DNA of 64,000 bases, from assembly GCA_946965045.2 (NCBI GenBank), contig OX337237.1, positions 1,054,001 to 1,118,000 of the forward strand, in the 5' to 3' direction. The first letter of the stretch is position 1; each line of letters starts with the position of its first letter. Source of the stretch: Epithemia pelagica (Eukaryota > Protista > Bacillariophyta). The position numbers were made by a program, and so were the translations under genes. Under the pieces are notes generated by a model. It searched no databases and was not told the origin of the DNA. It was given only the letters and a program-made list of their open reading frames with translations. Below are positions 35,563-45,151 of this stretch, in pieces.

Positions 35563-35700
35563 TTAACCCCCTCTAGTACCTTATCATCGAAAGGGTCCAA
35601 GACGATGTTGCCTACTAGGTTCAACAACAAATTTGTTCCTTGGCTACAAATTTCATAGGTGTCCCTGACACTTGCCGCCGGAATCATCCCCGGCACGGGC
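35563..35700 (+). mobile_element. Orphan piggyBac-like terminus (TTAA|CCCC...)
   Basis: TTAA at 35563-35566 is followed by CCCCCTCTAG and by the 32-bp subterminal sequence also found upstream of the piggyBac pseudogene. No partner end found. Confidence 0.55.
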
Positions 35701-36044
35701 GTGGTCGCCCTGGAGGCTAGACCTATTGTAACAATAGTCGAGCATGTTCATTGGCAAAATCGATCTAAAGATGTAAACAAGAGATGATCTTTTGACTGGA
35801 CATCACGAACTCTCTGTGGTGTTTTGTTGTGGGATACTTGAAATTTGTTTCGGAATGGAGCGCTTGGCACAAGTTGTTTTTGTTGTTGTTACTCCTACGA
35901 GGAGAATGTTTGTGATGTGGAGTGGTGGTCTGGGTGCGACCACAAGGTGGACTTTGAACGGGACGTATGCTGTCATGGTTGTTTCTTTCCATGTTCCATG
36001 GAGCGTTCATCGTTCATTGGGTCCAACAAGACAGTAAGCAGAGG

Positions 36045-36072
36045 TAGCTATTAGCTATTAGCTATTAGCTAT
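36045..36072. repeat. (TAGCTAT)4 microsatellite
   Basis: Read directly. A two-unit version also occurs near 2579. Confidence 0.85.
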
Positions 36073-36296
36073 GTGGAAGTGGACCGTGGTTCGGTTTCGC
36101 GACCGCATCAGACCAGTCGCTCTCTCCGGGTAACGCGTCGTACGTGGCGCACCAACAAGATCTTTGGTTGACACTCTCCAAAAAGATACCCCCGCAATGC
36201 CTGTTTGGGGATTACGGATTATGTTCCCTTTGTTGTCGTGTTCTCTGCTGGTCTTGCTTTGAAGGCTGCTTGATCAACAACCCCCAAACATCCAAA

Positions 36297-37712
36297 ATGA
36301 ACGTTGCTGTCGCCATTCGTAACGTTGCATGCGTGCAGTGTCTAGTCATGCCCCTGGCAGTAGCCTTTGTGTCACCAGAACAGGGATTCGGCGCCGCCGC
36401 ACACCACCCCAAACGAGCGTTTCGACTGGAGTCCATTCCCACTGTCTTGGACACCGTCACTTCTGGGTTGGCCAGTATCTGTCGACTGCCCAAAGGCGTG
36501 ACCGTGTCGCCCACTGCTGCCAGCACCAACGACGCCGAGATTCGTTTGGTCAAGCTCTATGACATTGAAAATTCCGTTCCCTGTCGAGTCGTTCGAGAAC
36601 GCATTACGGAATTGGATTTGGTGGTAGAAAAGGTGATTCCGGCTGCTGACAATTCGCGGGCCATGGTCGACACATCGAGTGACGACTTTTTACCACCGGG
36701 TATGGAATTGCCCTGCCTGAGAGTAGCCATGTCGGATGGAAGCATGGACACGCTGACGGGTGAAACTACCATTGTCGACTTTTTGAATCAAAACTTTGAC
36801 GCAACACCACCCGAGACGTCCCAACAAGAAACGGAATTGTCTCCCAGCACGGTTCGGGATGGTTTGATTCAAGGCTTGCAAGCGGCTGGATCCGTGGTCG
36901 CCAGTCTGTTGCGCACGGGACGTGGATGTCGCGTGTCACCCGCCGTGTCCTCTGCCCCACAACCCAATCAAAAACCCCTCATTTTGTATTCGTACGAAGG
37001 CAATCAGTTTTGTCGATTGGTCCGGGAAGTCTTGACCGAATTGGATTTGGTCTACCAACTACAATCGGCGGGAAAAGAATCTCCTCGCCGCAACGAATTG
37101 GCGGCACGAACTGGTGGATCCTCACAATGCCCGTACCTGATTGATCCCAACACCAATGTCGAAATGGCCGAAAGCAAGGATATTATTGCCTACCTGTACG
37201 ATACCTATGCGGAGTGGACACCACCTCCCGAAATTTTGGAATGGACGTCCAAGGTTGTCATGGAAACCTTGTTCCAACCAGTCTTTTCTCTTCTTGCCCC
37301 ACTCCAAGCTGGATCGAAAAGCCTGGAAGGAGACGAGTATCAGATTGCCATTGGCAAGGCCAAGGCAGAAATTGAGACCGAGACCAAGTCCTCCCCGGTT
37401 GTCATTTATACCTATGCCTGGTCGCCCTTTTCCAGCGAGACCAAGCTGTTACTGGATCGACTCCAAATTGACTACAAGGAACTATCGCTGGGACAAGAAT
37501 GGATCCCTGGTTTGATTGCTCCAGGAGGCGCCGCCAAACGAGCCGCATTGTTGGAAGTAACGGGACAGTCGTCCTTGCCTCACATTTTTGTGGGAGGCGA
37601 GTCTCTGGGGGGTCTCTTTAGTGGCCGACCCGGCCTCGTACCCAGTTTGCAAGAGGGCACCTTTCGTCGTCGCGTGTCGGCAGCATCCGCGACTACTGCT
37701 ACTGTTGTGTAA
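36297..37712 (+). CDS. Plastid-targeted thioredoxin-fold protein: two GST_N-like domains plus a glutaredoxin domain
   Basis: Signal plus AVA-FVSP; LYDIENSVPCRVVRERITELDL; LYSYEGNQFCRLVREVLTELDL..QCPYLIDPN; VVIYTYAWSPF..TGQSSLPHIFVGGESLGG. Confidence 0.88.
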   Translation: MNVAVAIRNVACVQCLVMPLAVAFVSPEQGFGAAAHHPKRAFRLESIPTVLDTVTSGLASICRLPKGVTVSPTAASTNDAEIRLVKLYDIENSVPCRVVRERITELDLVVEKVIPAADNSRAMVDTSSDDFLPPGMELPCLRVAMSDGSMDTLTGETTIVDFLNQNFDATPPETSQQETELSPSTVRDGLIQGLQAAGSVVASLLRTGRGCRVSPAVSSAPQPNQKPLILYSYEGNQFCRLVREVLTELDLVYQLQSAGKESPRRNELAARTGGSSQCPYLIDPNTNVEMAESKDIIAYLYDTYAEWTPPPEILEWTSKVVMETLFQPVFSLLAPLQAGSKSLEGDEYQIAIGKAKAEIETETKSSPVVIYTYAWSPFSSETKLLLDRLQIDYKELSLGQEWIPGLIAPGGAAKRAALLEVTGQSSLPHIFVGGESLGGLFSGRPGLVPSLQEGTFRRRVSAASATTATVV

Positions 37713-37915
37713 TAAATGATAATCTCTACGGACATTCCATCCATCTCTCCTTTCTTCAAAGATGCGAGGACTCATCCAACAAATCGTTCAAACTCCATTC
37801 GCCAAGGGTGTGAGATTTTCTTTTTTTCAACGAGTGAAATTGCTGTTAACAGTTAACACCATTTGTTAGACATGGGCCTATCGAACCATTTCTCTGTTAG
37901 AAACGGGTGGCCAAA

Positions 37916-38575
37916 TCATGCAATCGCCCGAAACGGCGTCGTCAGGATACCCAAGATTGGGCGAAATCTGACCAGCACGAGCAAACCAGGTGTATCGGAT
38001 CGATGCTCCCGTCGAAAGTCAGTGTAAAAGCCCAATGCTTCAAATCGCGCCTGTTCTTGTTCGACAATACTTTGTGGAGCGGCAATCCTCGACATGTTGA
38101 CGGCATGAGACCGAAGAAGCGGCAAAATAAAGATTCCCAAGCCAATAATCATCCATAGAAGCATCCATAGAAGCATCCATTCTTGAGTAGAGTGCTCGCC
38201 ATCCATTTTATCAAACTCCTGAAACAGTGGAATGGTCGCATACATGAATACAAGGCAGAAGAATAAAACCAACCAAGGCGCACCAATGATTCGCTTCGCC
38301 TCATCGTTGACAGCCGCCGTGAAAAGATTCCAACTTTCCACCGATATTGAGGATAACTCGGAAGGTAGTGAGCCGTCGTACTCATACATGCCGGGTGGCA
38401 AATGCTGCTTGGATGGCAAACAGTTTTGGAAATAGGAATTGGGACACTGGGTCATTGCAATAATTGTTAAAGGGTGGAGGTAAAGCCTTCGAAAGAGGAT
38501 CCGGACTTCGTCGACATTGGGGTCCGTCACTTCCACAACTGAGGGATGTTGCCAAAGAGTCCAGCACCTGACCAT
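37916..38575 (-). CDS. Two-TM membrane protein, paralog copy 1 (weakly Erf4/Golgin-A7-like)
   Basis: LPSELSSISVESWNLFTAAVNDEAKR, two TM helices, IVEQEQARFEALGF. Clear paralog at 41006-41646. Confidence 0.7.
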   Translation of the reverse strand: MVRCWTLWQHPSVVEVTDPNVDEVRILFRRLYLHPLTIIAMTQCPNSYFQNCLPSKQHLPPGMYEYDGSLPSELSSISVESWNLFTAAVNDEAKRIIGAPWLVLFFCLVFMYATIPLFQEFDKMDGEHSTQEWMLLWMLLWMIIGLGIFILPLLRSHAVNMSRIAAPQSIVEQEQARFEALGFYTDFRREHRSDTPGLLVLVRFRPILGILTTPFRAIA

Positions 38576-41005
38576 GATATTGGATTGCAGATACCTGAGA
38601 TCAAAAAGTGTGATCGTTGTCGTCTGTTCTGTAGCTCTCGTAGTTTTGTTTTTTCGCACGACTGGCCTACTACCTCATGATCCGGAAGAAGAACCGGACT
38701 AATACTAATGCACTACTGAAATCATCACAGACGCGACGTACGCTGAGGAATACAATACTCGCCATCGCCTGCTCCTCTTCGGGAGGGCGTGATACCCCCC
38801 AGCGCCGGGTGAGTTTTGAATCCCGCCTGAGTCGGAGAAAATATGCATTCGTGTTCTCACCCCCATGGCGCGTCCTCCAAATTTGGCAATTTCTCGAGGT
38901 TGATACAAATCCATTTTCACCTCCACAGTTCCACCGTGGACCCGACCGAGTGAGGTCCAGTGCATCGGCAATTGGAGCTGCTACAGCGCACCTGCTTGCA
39001 GGTCTGTTTTATAGCCACTACTGAAGGGCCTCGGCTATCGAACTCCCACCGAAACATTGCTGTTGTGTCTGCCGAACTGCCACACTCAAGCACCATTTCC
39101 ACCATCATGACTGGAAGCAACGACGTGTCTACAAGCCCACAAGACAACCACATTTCCCTCCACCGACCCTCTTCGCATTCGCCCACCACTCCCTCTTTCC
39201 AATTGCCGCTATGGGAACGGGCCATCCTCCTTTCATACCACTACAAGGTTGGAATACACTCATTTTCAACTCTGTCACAACAAATTTATCACAACAATCC
39301 ACCAGATGTGGTCGTTACCTATCTGTTGGGTGCGACTGTATTAATCCTGATGGATCTGCATTTTTTTTTAACTTGGACCGTCCCCTGTTGCAATTGGCCT
39401 TGATGTGTTGCATCCCTTTTCGGCTTGGCAAAAGTTGCAACTCTTGATCAATACCCCAAAATCACATGCCAATTGGTTATTCTTGCCTCTGAAGGAACAA
39501 CAACTTGTATGAACCTTGTTGGGAGAAGACTACAAGGAGGAAGAGGAAGCTACCATTGGTTTCAAGTACGTTGTGTCGGATTTCCACCATGGCCGTCGCA
39601 TTTTCCGATCGATTAAAGAGTTTGAGTCGCAATGAAGAGGAAAGGAATTTCTCGTAAGCGATCACCACCAATGGAGGACAAGTACCGGCACTGGAAACGA
39701 CCAATCATGGTTCCTCAACCATATCCCAAATTGTGGCTGATTATTGTGTACTCTTTGTCTTCGTTTTGCATCCACTTTCATACCAAGCCAAGATAGAAAA
39801 ACAACAATAAGACAAATAATGAACCATTTGCTTGTTTTTTGCCCAGCCACTACCGGTTGCTCCTCTTGGAATTGGCAATTGTAATAAGTTGTTTTGCTGT
39901 CTGATTTTTGCATGATCACAGATGCTGATTATTATGTTGTTTCATTAGCTGATTGTTGCGTATCCTTCGCTGTTGTCTTTGCTAGGATCATGGCCATGTT
40001 TCTGCCATGAAGCAGACTGTGGTTGATTGTCATCAAGTCCTTGTCTTTATCTCTGACTTCTCCTGACTCACCATCTGTCGATGCGGCCACATATGGTTGA
40101 TTGTTGTGCTATTTTCGTCTTAGTCGTCTTCCTTCTTATGATTTATGTTGTACTCCGCTCGTACGGTTACACCCGCAACAGAAGAAGAGAAAGGAAACAG
40201 GGAAACACCGGGTTTGGGCGATGAATTGTTCTGTGAGACAGGAGTGAAAGTTTTGGCGATTTACCTCTCCCTTGAACCCTCTCCTGTGGATACCATCGAT
40301 GCTCCAGAGTATCATCGCGCCCCGTAAGGTTCTCTTGGTGTGGTCTGAGCGACATAGTGTCATTTGTGGGAAGACATGGACATGATGGAGATCGATTTGG
40401 GACCCCTACACCTTCACCACCGTGATGACAGTGGGGAGATGCTTGGCATTTTGTATCAACACCGAGAGCTCAGGATCGCGCCATGGGGGTGAGTATACGA
40501 AAGCCCTTTTTAAGTGCGACTCAATACTCGCCCGGCGCTTGGGGGTAGAGGGCGTGAGATGTCAACTTCCGAGCTCGATCGGAACTCGGAAGCCACTTTT
40601 CTGCGTCCACGTACATAAACGCGATTGAGAAGCGATTTATCGGTTCGTGAAAAATGCGTAAGCAAATGTGTTTGGGTTTGCTTGTCCCCATTCCTTGATT
40701 CCATGGTTCGCCCTTCACCCAAGTGAAAGAGATCCTATTTAACATAGCAGAACAGCAACCAGTTCATTTTATCCGCTTCCAGTGTCCCAGAGACAAACTA
40801 AACTTACGTGTGGGTCGGGGCGACTCTAGACATCAGCGCTACTGTCCTGACTTGCAAGCAGGACCTAAGATCTATCGAGACAACATTGACGTAGGCACAT
40901 GAACACGAAGCTGCTCCAACTCGTTTGGGGCTTGTGGTTCGATTGCGCCGTACGCAGTTTTGACTCGGAAAAGGATATTCGTCCTCCTCTTGGTAATTGT
41001 CGGAA

Positions 41006-41646
41006 TCATGCAATAGCACGAAACGGCGTCGTCAGGACACCCGAGATGGGGCGAAATCTGACCAGCACGAACATACCAGGTGTATCGGATCTATGCTCCA
41101 GTCGAAAGTCAATGTAAAAGCCAAAAGTTTCGAATAGCGCCTGTTCTTGTTCGACAAGTCTCTGTAGAGCGGCAATCCTCGCCTGGTTGAATGTATGGGA
41201 CCAACGAAGTCGGCAAAGAAAGGCTACCGTGCAACTTATCATCCATAGAAGCATCCATACTTGTGTATGCTGCTCGCCATCCATTTTATCAAACTGTTGA
41301 AACAGTGGCATGATCGCATATATAAATAGAAGGCCAAAGAATAAAAGTATCCATGGCACACCAATGATTCGTTTCGCCTCATTGTTGACAGACGCCGTGA
41401 AAAATTCCAACTTGGCAGCGGTATAGAGGATAACTCGGAAGGTAGTGAGCCGTCGTACTCATACATGCCGGATGGCAAAGGCTGCTTGGATGGGTCGCAA
41501 TATTTGGGACATAGGATCATTGGAAGAACTGTTGCAGGGTGGAGATAATAGAGCCTTCGAAACATGATCCGGACTTCGTCGACATTGGGGCCCGTTACTT
41601 CCACACGTGAGGGATGTTGCCAAAGAGTCCAGCACCTGGCCTTCAT
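41006..41646 (-). CDS. Two-TM membrane protein, paralog copy 2; 1-nt frameshift in a T-run near 41400
   Basis: Collinear with 37916-38575. A 37-bp upstream block (cacgactggcctactacctcatgatccggaagaagaa) is shared at about 38656 and 41737. Confidence 0.7.
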
Positions 41647-42415
41647 AGTATTGCAGATTGCAGATGCCGGATGCCTGATCAAAAAGTGTTATCGGTTGTC
41701 GTCTTCTGCGTTTGCGGTAGGCGTTTTTGTTTTTTTCACGACTGGCCTACTACCTCATGATCCGGAAGAAGAATCGGAAGCATTTGGATAATGCTTCACT
41801 TGAATTCTACGACGGACGGGAAGTACGCTGAGAAGAACGCCGGCAGGTAGCCTCGCAGTCTTTCGCCCTGCTTCAGGCAGATTCCTCTTCGGGTTTCGGG
41901 CGGGCGGATGTCAACTTCCGAGCTCGATCGCAACTCGGAAGCCAGACCATCAGCCCCCCACGTGTTTTTCTGCGCCCACGTACATAAACGCTATTGACAA
42001 GCGATCGAACCACCGTGAGCGTTTCTGGAGTATTGCCTTTCGGAGAAATGGAATAAGCCCCATGCCAAACTGTTAAGCCCCTTTTGCTTCCGGTTTCAAT
42101 CCCTGATTAAGGAGATTCGGATGAATGCCGTCTTCGGACATTTCAGCAGCGCCGGCTTGTCTGTCGTGCGTACGTCGTGACGCGGCAGGAATTCGGGAGC
42201 AGATGTTCGGACACTCGTGGACGAGCACGCGCGCAGCGCGCACGCGGCCACGGCCAGCGCGCACCTTTGGTTGGAGCTAGAGAATCGAAACATCAGCGTC
42301 AGAGTCGAGCTCACAAATCTTGGGATCAGTGAGCAGAGACTTCGAATTCTGCCATCTCAAGTGGAGGACTCACGTTAGTCAGTAGCATAAGAGATTCAAA
42401 AACTTTGTCTTTACG

Positions 42416-45151
42416 ATGACTGTTTCGAACAATCCTTTCTTTGAGGATTCTGATGGTGCTCTCTTTTCGGACTCGGATCCTCCGATTCGCGCGAATACTT
42501 CCTCTACTACCGCCGGGACAGGAGTTGCTAAGAAACGCAGTCCCGTTGTTTCTCGACCATCTCAAGAGGATTCTCACCATGGTGTTTCTGAGCCTACGAT
42601 GATTGATTTGAGTACAGGTGTGACTGGTGATGATCGTGAAGTAACTCGTGGAGTTACGAAGTTGACTTCAGCGACTGGCGGGATTCCGTTTGATGCTGGT
42701 GGTACCGTGGTAGAGGACTCTCCTTCCAATGCTCCCCCACCCCCCTTTCGTCGCTCGGATTTGTTCAAAGGAACCTTCCCGATTTCCTCTTCGGAGAAAG
42801 CACGCCTTCGTTCCTGTCGTCCGGTTGATTGGTCAGATGCTTTCTGTTCCGACTTTCATTTGTTGATTGATGGCGACCCCAAGATTTGGTTGGAGATTTG
42901 CAAGAAGTTTAATGGAGTTATCAACCTGGATGACCTCCAGCACTTCATTTCTTGTGACTTGAACGGGATGCCTTTGATGTTTATCGGAGTCGATCATGAC
43001 AAGAAGTTGCGGCTTTTTCATAATGTTATGATCGCCCCTGACACTGGTTCGATTATCAACCCGACTCCTTCTTTTATCTGCTTGACACAGATGGGCTTCG
43101 ACAGTCCTCCCATGGCTTTGGTCTCGGATAAACTACACTCCCTATTGATCAGCTCAGAATATGAGGGAATCCCTTCCGTTCCCACCATTGTTGCCGAGTG
43201 TGTTTCGGACTTGCTTTTGGAGGGTCAGGAATCTAATCAGTCCCGTCCGATTGATGTGTTACCTGATTTTCGTTTGGATGCCTTGAAGTTTTCGAATCTT
43301 ACAGTTCCCGAAGCTTCCCAAGACGAGAATGAGAATGGTGGTGATGCGGTCCTTCCCCAAGATCCAACGGTTTTCGAACACATGGGACTGTTTCCGATTC
43401 ATCCCGCTATTGCTGGTGAATTGTTGAAGCTGTTCTCCCGATTTGGTTTTGGTTCTGAAAAATGTTCTCCCCCAGCAATCGCAGCTCTTATCTTTCGATT
43501 CCTTGTCAAACGTTGGGCTCGTTCGATTGGTCGAAACGAGTTTGGAAAAGCTAAAACGGTTGATCTATCTCATCCCGTCTTTTCTGGGATCATGCCTTTG
43601 TTTCGATTCCTTTGGGTGGCCACCAAGAAACCAGGAAACTTAGACCCCGTGGTCTTTGATGTACCTTCGAAATTTGAAGCTGCTTCCAAAATGGTCCGCC
43701 GTCGTGTTGCACAAGCATTCCCAGATCTGAATTCTCCCGATCGAGTTGCTCGAGCTCGTCAACACAACCAAGCTTTACCACCAACCCCTAACCCAAACCC
43801 GGCTGTTCCTCCAACGGGCTTACCCCCTCCGACCTTTGCTGGTGGAATCTCTCCAGAGACTTTATTGATGACAGAGCACCTGTCGGATAAACTTTCTGAA
43901 GCCTTTCTCCGTCACTCCACTCGCTTATCCAAGGACAAAGAGGACGAGAAGAAAGATATTTTCAAGAACGCGATCCACCTCAAGAATGGAATCTTATTTG
44001 GCCAAGTCAACGAGAACAGTACCACCCTTCCGACAGCCCCAACGGATTTGGCTCTGGAGATCTTTCGACAAAAGAGTACCCATACTCTTCATTCATTGAT
44101 ACACGCTCGAGTGTTCCGCAAGTCTCAGAATGCATGCTACACTCTGTTTAGCCAGTGTGGGGTATTGCAGAAGTATGGCCTCCGTTGGAAGGGGGACGAC
44201 CACCCCAGTGGTCTCTCCCCTTTCTCTTTCGACCCTTACAACAACAGCGGTCCTGACTCCAACTTATCACTCGATAGTGATATCCAGCAGCATATCTACG
44301 AATGCTCGCTTCGCCAAGACAATGGACTGTCCACGAAGGACATGCGAGACATCTTTACCAATGAGAAGTTGTTTTGTCCGTTGACGTGCGACAAGTATCT
44401 TCTCCAGCTCCGCTCCTATTACTTGTTTGCAGTAGCCGTCTGGGGAAGTTCGTCCTTCATAGTGGGCCAGATCCACAAGATGGTGGAGCACCATATTACG
44501 AACCGTCGACTTTATCGCAATAGTCAGAACTACGACAATAAGTTCTTGACACAAGTTCTCTTTTGGCTTGATGACGCTGTCCAGCGTTATATTGAAGATG
44601 TGCTTGAGCCGGCGGAGTGCATTGAAGATATTACGTTTGATTCTCTTGAATACCATACGAATCAATTGTGTTACAAGATTGTATCTCGCGAGTCGGTTTG
44701 TCGCATGTTGCCTCGATTCTTCCTTGCAGCCTTGAATGCAAAGAGCAACAAAGTTACCCCGAATTCTTCTACCAACTCAGGACTGTTGGGGTCTTCAGCA
44801 AATTCTGGAAGCAACGATTCGAAGAAACGAGGAAACAATGATGCTTCCAATGGTGGTTCTGCCGATAACACTCAGAAGCGCGTCAAGTTTGATTCGCCGA
44901 AAGAATGGTGTCTCCCAGCTCGCATGAAATACTCGAAGATTTTCGTTCGATCAGTTTTGGAGAAGATGCCCACGATTGAGATTGATGGCGAAGCGAAACC
45001 TTTTTGTAATCGTTTGTTGGCCCTTAAATCTTGTCGTAACGGGGACAAGTGTTACTTTGTACACGCCGATCCTCGCGATCATGGCAAGGGCGATGAAGTG
45101 ACAGCGTTCTTCAAGAAAGTTTATGCCGAAGCGAAAAAACAAAACACCTGA
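42416..45151 (+). CDS. ORF1, gag-like, 911 aa, C-terminal CCCH-type finger
   Basis: Intact ORF starting 11 nt after A1; ends with CNRLLALKSCRNGDKCYFVH. Confidence 0.8.
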   Translation: MTVSNNPFFEDSDGALFSDSDPPIRANTSSTTAGTGVAKKRSPVVSRPSQEDSHHGVSEPTMIDLSTGVTGDDREVTRGVTKLTSATGGIPFDAGGTVVEDSPSNAPPPPFRRSDLFKGTFPISSSEKARLRSCRPVDWSDAFCSDFHLLIDGDPKIWLEICKKFNGVINLDDLQHFISCDLNGMPLMFIGVDHDKKLRLFHNVMIAPDTGSIINPTPSFICLTQMGFDSPPMALVSDKLHSLLISSEYEGIPSVPTIVAECVSDLLLEGQESNQSRPIDVLPDFRLDALKFSNLTVPEASQDENENGGDAVLPQDPTVFEHMGLFPIHPAIAGELLKLFSRFGFGSEKCSPPAIAALIFRFLVKRWARSIGRNEFGKAKTVDLSHPVFSGIMPLFRFLWVATKKPGNLDPVVFDVPSKFEAASKMVRRRVAQAFPDLNSPDRVARARQHNQALPPTPNPNPAVPPTGLPPPTFAGGISPETLLMTEHLSDKLSEAFLRHSTRLSKDKEDEKKDIFKNAIHLKNGILFGQVNENSTTLPTAPTDLALEIFRQKSTHTLHSLIHARVFRKSQNACYTLFSQCGVLQKYGLRWKGDDHPSGLSPFSFDPYNNSGPDSNLSLDSDIQQHIYECSLRQDNGLSTKDMRDIFTNEKLFCPLTCDKYLLQLRSYYLFAVAVWGSSSFIVGQIHKMVEHHITNRRLYRNSQNYDNKFLTQVLFWLDDAVQRYIEDVLEPAECIEDITFDSLEYHTNQLCYKIVSRESVCRMLPRFFLAALNAKSNKVTPNSSTNSGLLGSSANSGSNDSKKRGNNDASNGGSADNTQKRVKFDSPKEWCLPARMKYSKIFVRSVLEKMPTIEIDGEAKPFCNRLLALKSCRNGDKCYFVHADPRDHGKGDEVTAFFKKVYAEAKKQNT

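Larger units (their letters stand above)
33907..35665. repeat. Inverted repeat pair: perfect 32 bp at 33907-33938 versus 35634-35665, extending imperfectly to about 70 bp
   Basis: gggacacctatgaaatttgtagccaaggaaca is the reverse complement of tgttccttggctacaaatttcataggtgtccc. Confidence 0.9.

Noticed and set aside
38700-40500. Fragmentary ORFs between the two-TM paralogs
   Set aside because: Some look coding-like (39662-39919) but none can be assigned or joined.
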